From positions 4,960,001-5,024,000 of the forward strand of contig OZ001293.3 in NCBI GenBank assembly GCA_963921275.4: DNA of 64,000 nucleotides. The letters run 5' to 3'. The notes below the pieces were generated by a model. It searched no databases, was not told the DNA's origin, and saw nothing but the letters and a program-made list of their open reading frames with translations. The translations under genes were made by a program, and so were the position numbers. Source of the stretch: an uncultured Hormoscilla sp. (lineage in GTDB: Bacteria > Cyanobacteriota > Cyanobacteriia > Cyanobacteriales > Desertifilaceae). Below, in pieces: positions 11,697-21,048 of the stretch (its first letter is position 1; the number at the start of each line of letters is the position of its first letter).

Positions 11697-12809
11697 ATGT
11701 TAGAGAATTTTAAACTGTTAGCAAATCTGAACGATCGCCAGCGCCAAATAGTAGAGGATGTCTGCTTGCTGAGGTCCTATGAGGAGGGAGAATATATTAT
11801 CAAAGAAGGAGAAAGCACGACAGATATTTATTTTTTGATTTCCGGAAAAGTCGAGCTCTACAAAATCGAACCCAATACCCAGAATAATCTTAAATTCAAA
11901 GAGATGTCATCAGGTGAAAGTTTTGGCGAAATGTCATTTGTGGATGGATCGCCCAGAAGTAGCTCGGTCAAAGCTGCCACTCCGATTGCAGTTTATGTAT
12001 TATCGAAACAAGCGCTGCTCGATCGGGTGAGCGACCCTCAAGAAACCCTCAACATTTTAGGTGCAACAATAATTAATCAAGTGAACGACTACTTGCGATC
12101 CTTGAGCGATCTCCACATCATCGCTATCCAAAAGCAGATAGACGAGCTTAAAGAACGCAATCGGTTTGGCGTTTTCTTCGTTTCCACAGTAATTTTCTTA
12201 TTTGCCATCACGATCTTGAATGCGATCTTAGATGATTTCTTTCCCAATTATAACGTTGCTGGCCGATTGTTCAACTGGGCCTATCTTTTCATCTTCACGA
12301 TCTTTCCGATATTTTTAGCATTGAAGAAATCGAAATTGAAATTGTCTTTAGTTGAAATAGGAGTCACGCGCAAAAATATGAAAAAATCGGTTTTGGATGG
12401 ATTTATCTTCAGTTTTATAGGCATACTTGGCACTTATAGCCTAAGTTGGTTAATAGACATCATCAATCCCGGTTTGCAATTAAGAGAACAGTTCCTGCAA
12501 ATTTATATCCCGCTCACAGCAGTAATTTATTTCATGCATTCTTGGGTGCAAGAATTTGGCCGAGCTACATTGCAAATAGCGCTACAGAGATTTTTCCAAG
12601 ACCAAAAAGGTTACTATGCAATTTTGATTACTTCTCTGCTCTTCGCGATGGCACATTTTCACTTAGGGACAAGGGTGATAGTAGTGAGTTGGATAGCTAG
12701 TAACATATTTGGCCTGATCTACAACCGAACTTACAACTTAGTTGGCGTCACCTTGGTCCATTTTGTGATGGGTTGCATACTTTATTACTTTGCCTTACAG
12801 TTAATGTAA
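11697..12809 (+). CDS. Cyclic-nucleotide-binding domain fused to CPBP (CAAX protease/Abi) membrane domain
   Basis: GESFGEMSFVDGSPRSSSV; QEFGR, FAMAH, TLVH motifs within TM helices; ATG 11697 preceded by GGAGG. Confidence 0.85.
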   Translation: MLENFKLLANLNDRQRQIVEDVCLLRSYEEGEYIIKEGESTTDIYFLISGKVELYKIEPNTQNNLKFKEMSSGESFGEMSFVDGSPRSSSVKAATPIAVYVLSKQALLDRVSDPQETLNILGATIINQVNDYLRSLSDLHIIAIQKQIDELKERNRFGVFFVSTVIFLFAITILNAILDDFFPNYNVAGRLFNWAYLFIFTIFPIFLALKKSKLKLSLVEIGVTRKNMKKSVLDGFIFSFIGILGTYSLSWLIDIINPGLQLREQFLQIYIPLTAVIYFMHSWVQEFGRATLQIALQRFFQDQKGYYAILITSLLFAMAHFHLGTRVIVVSWIASNIFGLIYNRTYNLVGVTLVHFVMGCILYYFALQLM

Positions 12810-12888
12810 CTCATTCCTTCGTAGTAAGCACGAAGCGTGCTTGCCGTTCGTAGTAAGCACGAACCGTGCTTCCTAGGCGCTTTCGCGC

Positions 12889-13761
12889 CTAGGAAGCTTC
12901 CATCCATTCAATGCACTGCTGCAACTGATGTTGCATGGTCCCAGCATCTGCATGGTAGCGGCGTCCGTGACCGGGCAATACCCACTCAAATGAGTAATTA
13001 GTTAACTGGCCCATAGACTTAATTAATTCTGACCAAGAGTACCAGCAAACATTTCTAAAAGCAATCAGTTGGTTTAACCTCGCAGACCAGGCGAGGTGGT
13101 CCCCAGTAAACAGGAATTCCTGCTTGTATAATAGGACAGTGTGACCTTTAGTGTGACCTGGAACTGGGATAATTAATAAGTCCTCTGCTAGGGTAAACGG
13201 TTCCCTGCCACTCAGCTGAATTTCGACATCGCGAGTCCCGACAGAAATATCTTCTTGGTGCAGGATGCGATCGCACCCAAAATGCTGCCGATATTTCCGA
13301 TGATCTGCCACATCATCTCGATGGGTGAGATACATATATTTAATCGGGCCCATTGACTGCAAACGCTGGACCAGGGGCGGGGCCCAGCGGGGAGAATCTA
13401 CCAAAACATTACCATCTGGGCGGACAATCAAATAACTTGCGGCACCAAAGGAGCTTTCCGCATGGTAGCCGCAGTGATAAACATTTTCTGCTACCATGAT
13501 GGGAAAAGTCAACTGGGCATCTTTGACATCTTTGGGCTTTTCTACGGTGCCGATGGAAGCGGTCGGACAAGCTAACAGGGCCTGCATCGCGTTTAATCGT
13601 TCCGTCCGATCGGCGGGTTGATGATAAACCGCCGACTGTTCCCCAGCGCGATGAAAGACTTCTGGAGCCATCCATCGGCAAGTATCGCAGTCGATGCATG
13701 TGCTATCCACGTAAAAATCACCCTGGGTATTTTGGGGGAGTCGTCTATTTAGTTGAGCCAT
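12889..13761 (-). CDS. Ferredoxin-fused MBL-fold metallo-hydrolase
   Basis: CIDCDTC...CP, THRDD, PGHTKGH, FTGDH, LPGHG. Confidence 0.92.
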   Translation of the reverse strand: MAQLNRRLPQNTQGDFYVDSTCIDCDTCRWMAPEVFHRAGEQSAVYHQPADRTERLNAMQALLACPTASIGTVEKPKDVKDAQLTFPIMVAENVYHCGYHAESSFGAASYLIVRPDGNVLVDSPRWAPPLVQRLQSMGPIKYMYLTHRDDVADHRKYRQHFGCDRILHQEDISVGTRDVEIQLSGREPFTLAEDLLIIPVPGHTKGHTVLLYKQEFLFTGDHLAWSARLNQLIAFRNVCWYSWSELIKSMGQLTNYSFEWVLPGHGRRYHADAGTMQHQLQQCIEWMEAS

Positions 13762-13816
13762 TGGTAAATATCCTTTATGATTGTCTAGTTATTATATCTT
13801 CTGGGAGAGCAACAAC

Positions 13817-14056
13817 ATGCCAGAACTGATCGAAAAACCCACTCGCATTGAACCACCGGGGAATAAACCCAAACTGATAGACGAGTATGTCGGTCGCGTT
13901 AACAGTGAAACGGAAGCTGTTAAGCATTGCACATATGCGATCGCCCACTGGCTGGATGGAACCCGGTCAGCGCCCGCAGTTCGATGAATGCACTCTGGTC
14001 CTCAAGGGTATGCTGCGGGTGGAGTATGAAGGAGGTTATCTCGATGTTAACGCGGG
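13817..14056 (+). pseudogene. Cupin-domain protein, frameshifted and 3'-truncated
   Basis: MPELIEKPTRI...GRVNSETEAV then frame change to SIAHMRSPTGWMEPGQRPQFDE...LDVNAG, ending in the opposite-strand HAD gene. Confidence 0.8.
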
Positions 14057-14439
14057 ACTGTATCAAAGCTATCTGTTACTTCCAGCATCAACTTAGCATT
14101 GGCACGGGGGGCATTAGTGACCACAGCAGTTGGCAACTTATGAGTGTCGATCCAGGATAACATGTCCAGCAGTCCTCCTAGGGGTTTAAGGCTCAAAGCC
14201 AATTCCCGAAACCGAGCTTCTTTGCCCTCAGCGAGTTGCTCTCCTGCTGTTTTTGATAGCTGGGGGAGGATATCCTCCACTATAGCTGAATCTTGCCGTC
14301 CGCTGATGTGACGTCTGTAGAAGGTTTTATCCATTTCTATGCCATAGTCTTGGAGGATATCCTGCCAAACCTGGTAATGGAGATGGTCGGTGTTAACTAT
14401 TGTGCCATCCAGGTCAAGTAAAATTGCTTTGATCGTCAT
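14047..14439 (-). pseudogene. HAD-family phosphatase, 3'-truncated
   Basis: DLDGTIVNTD and AVVTNAP motifs present; the later KP and ED motifs are missing. Confidence 0.8.
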
Positions 14440-14526
14440 GTACCGGGACTAAGAGTAGGGTGGGCAATGCCCACCTTACCACAATTTAATCCCCCTAACT
14501 GAGGCAAACGAAAATCTACTTGACCG

Positions 14527-14967
14527 TTAGTTACTGTTAGACAAGACCCGCTCCCAAAGTACATGATCAGTCAGTTGTTTGCCATCATACATAATGGGAG
14601 GAGTACTCAATAACAACCGATCGCCCTGAAATTCAAAGAAGCGTTCTTGGTCTACACCAACCCAGTTGGGAAATAGGCTAACTTCTACATGATGAATTAC
14701 CTTGCCATCTAGAATTTCATACTTACCGCAATAGGATATGTATGTCCCGGCGGCAGCGGCTTTTTCCTCCGTGCTGCCTCTGAGAATATTTTCCGTCGCA
14801 AACTTGGGCCGGTTAGCAGTCATAATTACCACAGACATATATCCGTCCTCTGCATATATTATATACCCGATCGCATCTTTACCCTATGGGTAGGTTACCT
14901 GACCATCTTCATCTCTAATTTCAAAAGATACCAGTTGCCAAGTGCCTACAAATTGACGCTCTGCCAT
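14527..14967 (-). pseudogene. Lipocalin-like domain protein with an internal TAG
   Basis: MAERQFVGTWQLVSF...VTYP*GKDAIGYIIYAEDGYMSV...; in-frame stop at 14884-14886. Confidence 0.85.
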
Positions 14968-14999
14968 TTTTTCTACCTTTTTTGTCATCAATGTTCTCC

Positions 15000-15620
15000 T
15001 CAATCTCCAATTCCCATCTGACCCCGAAAACCTGTAATAATACGAGTTCCATCCTGAAGGATGTGAATTTCTACTTGGTCGCTTGCCCAAGTAATTCGAT
15101 CTTGAAATTCCGGATTAAAAATGCGCACCTGCTGATTGCGCGAAGATACTGGTGAATCAGGGGAATTAATCGCCTGAGATTCTACATAGGGTTTGTCAAT
15201 CAGGATGTCCAACTCTGCTAATAATGCTTGGGAACCTGGGGGGCCTTGGCTGATCGCAGTTCGGACAAAGTAAATCCCGAAAAGGACATCACGTTCAGTC
15301 CCTTGACCTTGAGTTTTTTAGCCAATTCTGTTAACTCTGGTGCTTGCCAGAAGGGTTCCCCGCCAGAAAAGGTCACCCCCGTATTATTAGGATTGCTGAT
15401 TATTTTCTCGGCCAGTTCGTCGATGGCAATTAACTGATTAGCTGCAAAAGACCAAGACTCAATATTGAAACATCCGGAACATTCCCGATCGCATCCTTGC
15501 ACCCACACCACCGCGCGATTGCCAGGACCATTCACTTCCGAGGAGTCAACGTAACCCATAATGTTGAGATATACAGGTGAAATTTATGTTGTCGAGCGAT
15601 TAACTGTTTGATTTGTCATC
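15000..15620 (-). pseudogene. Radical SAM (NrdG-like 4Fe-4S) protein, frameshifted
   Basis: NGPGNRAVVWVQGCDRECSGCFN, TFSGGEPFWQ; C-terminal DILIDKPY...SSRNQ lies in another frame. Confidence 0.8.
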
Positions 15621-15668
15621 TTTTTCCTCTTTAGGGTCTCGGGAACGAAATATCTGTAGTCTCGCAAT

Positions 15669-16469
15669 CTAATGAGGTGGAAAACGCACGGGAATAGCAG
15701 TCGCGTTCTGAATTTCAGACGCAAACTTCTGCAAAATCTCGGCGCTGACGCACTTGAGTTGTTGTACTGCATAGGGTCGTTCCTCGGTACTGCTGTGATT
15801 TCCCCGTCCGTCTAGTTGACGTTTTAAAGGTTTGGGGCGCGTGGGAGTGTTCAGTTGTATTTCTGTAGGGCCGATCGCCCGCACTCGGCGAATATATTCT
15901 GCGATATCTTCTGCATCCCAGTTCGATAGCATCATCGTTTGGATGCCCAACTCACCGCTATATTCTGCTCTAAATTCGGAAATTCCCTCCCAAACATCGG
16001 CAAAATTCACTCCTGTTGCCGGTCGGTCAACCCCCTGCCACCGTCTGGGGGAAACTGCATCTATTTTCACAGATACCTTGTCAGCTATTGCCAACTCCTG
16101 ACGCACAGTTTTGTCTTTCAGCAAGGTAGCATTAGTCAATACTAAAGTTGGTCGTGAGGTGAGTTGTGCGATAGATGTGATAATTTCTCCTAAATTAGAT
16201 GCTAAAGTCGGTTCCCCACTACCGCTGAGGGTGATTACATCTACATCCCAAGGGGCAAACTCTTGCAACTCTTGGATGATTTTCTCCGTAGGGACGAACA
16301 GCGCCCGCTCGCGCGTTATCTGTTCTATTTCCCCCAGCTGACAATATACGCAGTTAAAGGAGCAAGTAGACACCGCACCTATGGGGTCGATACCGAGCGA
16401 TCGCCCATAGCGCCAAGACTTCACCGGTCCGTATACATAAGTAAACTCCGTACTCAATGTCGCTGACAT
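15669..16469 (-). CDS. Radical SAM protein
   Basis: YGPVKSWRYGRSLGID, CSFNCVYC, LSGSGEPTL. Confidence 0.92.
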   Translation of the reverse strand: MSATLSTEFTYVYGPVKSWRYGRSLGIDPIGAVSTCSFNCVYCQLGEIEQITRERALFVPTEKIIQELQEFAPWDVDVITLSGSGEPTLASNLGEIITSIAQLTSRPTLVLTNATLLKDKTVRQELAIADKVSVKIDAVSPRRWQGVDRPATGVNFADVWEGISEFRAEYSGELGIQTMMLSNWDAEDIAEYIRRVRAIGPTEIQLNTPTRPKPLKRQLDGRGNHSSTEERPYAVQQLKCVSAEILQKFASEIQNATAIPVRFPPH

Positions 16470-16770
16470 CTTTTTTTCCCGTCGTCATACACTGTTATCA
16501 TTCTCCTATCCTCAAGGCCCCCGCCACTGAAAGCTTTAGATTTATTTTATCAAGTTTCATAGTCAAGCTATAACTTCGGTCATGACAGAGCTATAAACAG
16601 CATCAAAGAGGAGTTGCTCATCCCCAAATTGCCCGCGACAAGACTCGGAACTTAATATCGCTGACATCTCTTTCACCCGTCGCAATCGCTGTTTTTTCAT
16701 TCTACTCCCATTTAGACCATAGCTACTGTAATAAGATTGATACAGACGGTCCCATCTCAATCAAAGAATA

Positions 16771-16976
16771 GGGCGACATGAGCACTCAAAATCTTACTAG
16801 ATCAGGCTTTGATGCCAATAGGCTCGGACAAGATACAGTCGCATCACTACCATCCTTTTATTTCCATGAAGCTCAAACCCTTATAACTACGTCGTCTGTC
16901 TGCCCAAAACAGCATGTATCTTGTTGAAGCTTATGGGCTGAAATTCTTACGCTGGATTTCAGCAGGCATGTCGCCC
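16771..16976. mobile_element. MITE-like element
   Basis: TIR GGGCGACATG...CATGTCGCCC; no TSD seen. Confidence 0.5.
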
Positions 16977-17034
16977 CCCCAGCCTCAATTGCTCATGGTC
17001 TGGTCAGCTATGAACCCGACCATGAACAAAAAGA

Positions 17035-17151
17035 TTATCTATGCTTTGTGCCATTAGGCATAATTGTTTCCTTCAAGTTAGCCCCATCCAAGTTAGCTTG
17101 TACTAGATTAGCATCAATCAAGTCAGCGCGAAGTAGGTTAGCCTTAATCAG
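17035..17151 (-). pseudogene. Orphan pentapeptide-repeat C-terminal segment (second copy of the 3' exon)
   Basis: LIKANLLRADLIDANLVQANLDGANLKETIMPNGTKHR*; last 45 nt nearly identical to 17505-17549. Confidence 0.85.
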
Positions 17152-17152
17152 G

Positions 17153-17210
17153 ACCGACTCGTCTTCAGAACCGTTCGATAAATTCGTTTTTGTAGCTTGA
17201 AGACTCGGCC
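17153..17210 (-). mobile_element. Group II intron scrap (RT N-terminal peptide fused to a D5/D6 fragment)
   Basis: Encodes RVFKLQKRIYR, followed directly by ACGGTTCTGAAGACGAGTCGG. Confidence 0.6.
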
Positions 17211-17369
17211 TTGCCTTGTGACAAGAATCTTCGCCTCGGTTCTGCGTTTCCAGGGATCGCCCGGGAACGAGTCAAATATGGGGCAAAGCATATTTGCTCC
17301 GGGGTAAATTATATTTGCTCTGGTGCAAATATGATTTGCACCAGAGCAAATCATATATTCCACCTAGTC

Positions 17370-17495
17370 AAACGACAGCTTGTCTCATTCCCATCTGGTA
17401 ACATCCCCAAACACTAGCCAAGAGACAAAATACCTACAGACAAGCCAGTTGTGCTCTACTGCACAACTGGACATCTCTCGGCAATAGGCATGTGA
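17370..17495 (+). pseudogene. Rhodanese-domain fragment
   Basis: KIPTDKPVVLYCTTGHLSAIG. Confidence 0.45.
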
Positions 17496-17504
17496 GCAAA
17501 GAGA

Positions 17505-18645
17505 TTATCTATGCTTTGTGCCATCAGGCATAATTGTTTCCTTCAAGTTGGATGGGGTCGAGCCGGGAATCGCTTCCCGACCCTCCCTTGAGGAACCGGA
17601 CTTGCGATTTTCACCGCATCCGGCTACTGGGTACTAGGCCCTTTTCATAGGTAGACTTAATAGGAATTACTTCCGTTAGCCCTTGCCGCCTGTCTTTTCT
17701 TCCCTTTCCTGGTTTAGCGAGTGGTTGTTCTGATAACCGTTAGTATCACCATTTTCAAGTCAGTTTTACCAGTTATCCATACCTTATCCTCCACTTGCGT
17801 TTCGGATTAGTTCCGTGGCTTTTTAGGATTACTCATTCCAGCAGCTTCCTAGTATCACCGACCCACGTCAGCGCTGGCTACCCAGCATCATCTACATTAC
17901 TGTAGATGTTATCCCAGGAATTACCCCGGGCATTCGCTTCTTGGGCCATCCCTCCCCCCGTGGCTTGCGCTTAACATCTAACTTGTCCTGATGGACAGCA
18001 CACGAGAGGTTACTTCGTTCCCTAACAACATTTCGCGATACCTTTAGGTCCACACTATACCCCGGGAGCTATTTGAGTACTATATTAGCCAGAGTCTAAA
18101 ACTAATACTAGCTACCATTTCCTTTTTAGGCCAGCGCATATAGCCTTATTTCGCTGGTTCCTTATAACGAGGCTTGCACATGTTTGCCTGCTCTAACCTT
18201 GGATATCTTTCCTAGCGGCGTCACCGGCTTAGGCTGCCAGTTATCCTACATTTGAGTCCTCGCTTAGCACCACGATGATGTCGCTTCGTAGCACCGAGGA
18301 CCGGTGTCACCCCCGTACCTGGGGGGAGGGGAATTTAACCCCCATGCGGTCAGAGTTCCCGGCTAATGAAACCGGGCTAGCGTTCCGTGTTTGACCACGT
18401 TAGGCTAGAACGAATCGCACAGCACCGCTAAGGTTAGCACCGCTGAGGTTAGCACCAATCAGGCAGGAACGAAACAAGTTAACACCAATCAAGTTGGCAC
18501 TAAACAGGTTAGCACGGAACAAGTTGGCACGAAACAGGCTAGCACCAGCCAGGTTGGCACGAAACAAGTTGGCACGAAATAGGTCGGTATCGCGAAAATT
18601 CCTTTCTCCTGCGGCATAACGTGTCAGAAGTTCATTGGCATTCAT
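17505..18645 (-). CDS. Pentapeptide-repeat protein split by a group II intron (exon 1 18645-18421, exon 2 17549-17505)
   Basis: MNANELLTRYAAGERNF...ANLSGANLSGA | NLKETIMPDGTKHR*; removing 17550-18420 restores frame and the A-N-L register; an upstream ATG at 18702 is also possible. Confidence 0.8.
17550..18420 (-). mobile_element. ORF-less group II intron (IIB-like), copy 1
   Basis: 5' GTGCGATTCGTT; D5 AGCCGGATGCGGTGAAAATCGCAAGTCCGGTTC (17625-17593); D6 GGGAGGGTCGGGAAGCGATTCCCGGCTCGACCCC; 871 nt, no RT ORF; colinear with 33853-34687. Confidence 0.92.
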
Positions 18646-18709
18646 ATTAGCGTTTGCAGTTGTTGCAGTTCTAGATCGTCTCATTTTCTCACCCAGCGTC
18701 ATGGATCGT

Positions 18710-19600
18710 CTATTTCAGCCAGTCCAAGATCGACTGATTGACTAGATCCGGGTATTCGTCATGGGGACAGTGACCTGCATTAGCAATAGGTAAAAACTTG
18801 ACATCTTCACGGCTGTTAGCTAACTGCTGATAAATCTTAGCACCAGCAATGGGCGTCCAAGGGTCATCTTCCCCCCACAACACCAGTAACGGAACATTCA
18901 CCTGGGGTAACAACTCAGCTGGTTTGGGACCGGGAGGCGCTGTGAGAATGGAGGCAAACACCTGCTGGGCACCCCGATCGCAGGCTGGGGCGTAGAGCAA
19001 ATCCACCAGTTCATTTGTGATGGCTTCCCGATTCCGATAGACTTGGTATAGGGTCTTCTTGATGCGATGTTTCTGACGGATGCGGTTAAACAGGAATGGT
19101 CCCGTCACGGGAGAACTTACCAGTTTAGTAAAGCCACCCATCACCAGTCGCAGGGAGAAATTCAGCTCATCGGGACGATGATTCAATCCCCCAGCACAGT
19201 TAATCAGTACCGCACCAGAGGCTATTTCCGGAGTATCTGCCGCCACCATCAGGCCCAAAAGAGCCCCGATCGAGTTTCCGATCCACACCGCTGGTGCTTG
19301 TACGCGGGCATTCCAGAAATCCTGAAGCAATTGATGCCACAACTCCATACTGTAATTCAGGAGTGGCTTATCCGAGCCGCCGAACCCCAGTAAATCCAGA
19401 GCAAACACCCGGTAGCCACTAGCAGCCAGCACCGGGATATTTTTGCGCCAATGGCCGATCGAGGCTCCAAAGCCATGAAGTAGCACCAAGGGGCGTCCGG
19501 TGCCCATGACCGTATATTTAATCTGGTGACCTTGCCAGTTCCAGGTGAATTCGGTAATGCTTGCGATCGTCAGTTCTGTCGTCACGGCGAATATTGTCAA
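18710..19600 (-). CDS. Alpha/beta fold hydrolase
   Basis: LLHGFGAS, GNSIG, GEDDPW, GHCPHDE. Confidence 0.92.
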   Translation of the reverse strand: MTIFAVTTELTIASITEFTWNWQGHQIKYTVMGTGRPLVLLHGFGASIGHWRKNIPVLAASGYRVFALDLLGFGGSDKPLLNYSMELWHQLLQDFWNARVQAPAVWIGNSIGALLGLMVAADTPEIASGAVLINCAGGLNHRPDELNFSLRLVMGGFTKLVSSPVTGPFLFNRIRQKHRIKKTLYQVYRNREAITNELVDLLYAPACDRGAQQVFASILTAPPGPKPAELLPQVNVPLLVLWGEDDPWTPIAGAKIYQQLANSREDVKFLPIANAGHCPHDEYPDLVNQSILDWLK

Positions 19601-19619
19601 GTTTTATGAACTATTGTAA

Positions 19620-19856
19620 TTATGACAGCAACTGCTTGAGAAGGTTGAACTGATCGGGGCTGAGGGTAATTTTCACCTCCAGCTGTTGCTGCTTATCTCG
19701 CAGCAGTATAACGCGCTTGCCCACAACAATATCAGGATCGGACAGTTCAATCATCTGATATTTTACTTCCGGCGATGTCACCCCTATGACCAGATCCCGT
19801 TGAGACTGGGGATAGATCGTTAGCATCTGGTGGAGGCAAGAGAGTTCCAGCTTCAC
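19620..19856 (-). CDS. Hypothetical protein
   Basis: 78-aa ORF with plausible composition, co-oriented with the hydrolase. Confidence 0.55.
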   Translation of the reverse strand: MKLELSCLHQMLTIYPQSQRDLVIGVTSPEVKYQMIELSDPDIVVGKRVILLRDKQQQLEVKITLSPDQFNLLKQLLS

Positions 19857-20163
19857 AGGAGTAATACTGCGCTTCGATTAATTTATTAGCATTTTCCGGC
19901 TTGTAGCTGTTTGGTTGCCATATGTTTTATTTCCATATTTGCGGAACTTTTTCTGCTGCCAATCTGTCCCATGGTCAAGATTGCATTTAATCCCTGGCAC
20001 CCTAGTAATCTAAATCACTGCCCAACAAGGCAAATAGTCACATAACTGTAGGTTATGAGATCACAATAGAGGTAGATTTTTCTCACATCCTAGCAAACTG
20101 TGAATCACCCTTGAACATATAAAAAGGACGGATATTGAAATTGTCGAGTTCAAGGCACCAACC

Positions 20164-20339
20164 ATGTTACCCCAAATTGCTCTCATACCCGGTTTTATCT
20201 CGGAAATGCTAGCCACTGTCGCTGACACAAAAGTCCTGACTTTAGCTGACCGCTATGGCCTGATGGCTACCACCTTCTACTGCGATCGGTACTTAGGGGA
20301 CGAGTGAAGATAGTAGATCAACTCTCAACAGTGACATAA
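20164..20339 (+). pseudogene. Small cyanobacterial hypothetical protein with an internal deletion
   Basis: MLPQIALIPG...LTLADRYGLMA then frame change to RGRVKIVDQLS. Confidence 0.55.
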
Positions 20340-20907
20340 TATGGGCGCTATCAGCGGTAATAGTATTTAGGAGCAGCATTTTGGCTTCTATCCGGATATA
20401 ACCAATTTAGTTAAATTCAAATGTCCCAGATTTATCGAAGCTTCAAGCTGGGCGTGTTTCGGGAATTTATATTGTTAACGCGCTCTGACAAGGAGGTCAA
20501 AAGGTAAGTCAATCAAACTGCTGAATTCCTACAAGTCGAAAGCTCAGAAAATTTGCAGTATCTGGCTAAGGCTATGGGTAAACTTCTTATTGTTAGCCTG
20601 GTCTGGTCTGGTACTGATCTGCTAAATAAAAATGTACCCACTACAGTCCTGCCTCGGGCCGAACCAGCTCAATAATTTAACTTGCTATACTGGGGCGATC
20701 GCCTTTTGATGTTTCCTGGGGCGATCGCCAACTTCTGTGAATTGCTAATTGTGAATTGCGAAGTGCCAATTGATGGGGCGATCGACTGCGCCCAGAGGTG
20801 ATTGCCGCCAGGGATCTGTGCGTCTGCATCGGATGGAGTGGATCAGGGTTCAAAATTTGCCCTTGACCGAAAGGAATAGCAGACTTGCCTTGGGTCTTAA
20901 AGGTCTT

Positions 20908-21042
20908 AGCCGTATGAGGGGATAACTCTCATGTACGGTTAGTCGGGGAGGGGAGAGAGGTGACTCTCAAACCTTACCCTCTAAAGTCTCACGTCCGGTT
21001 CTGGAGACTCCTCGGGGAGGCGACTCCCTGGCTTAGTTTAAT
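20908..21042 (+). mobile_element. Nested group II intron 3' ends (twintron relic)
   Basis: Complete D5 AGCCGTATGAGGGGATAACTCTCATGTACGGTT + D6 ending CCTTACCCTCT, then the 3' half of a second D5 AAAGTCTCACGTCCGGTTCT + D6 ending GGCTTAGTTTAAT. Confidence 0.82.
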
Positions 21043-21048
21043 ATCTTA

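Noticed and set aside
14884..14886. Programmed stop-codon readthrough or recoding (also 41675 and 54789)
   Set aside because: The stops are of mixed types (TAG, TAA), intact genes use them normally, and the context is general gene decay.
17035..17549. Diversity-generating retroelement TR/VR pair in the duplicated 3' exon
   Set aside because: Only about 50 bp are shared, with one or two differences, and no intact RT is nearby.
17548..17557. Intron end CCCCATCCAA is the reverse complement of TTGGATGGGG in the second exon copy
   Set aside because: A 10-bp match with no mechanism I can support from the sequence; it may be chance.
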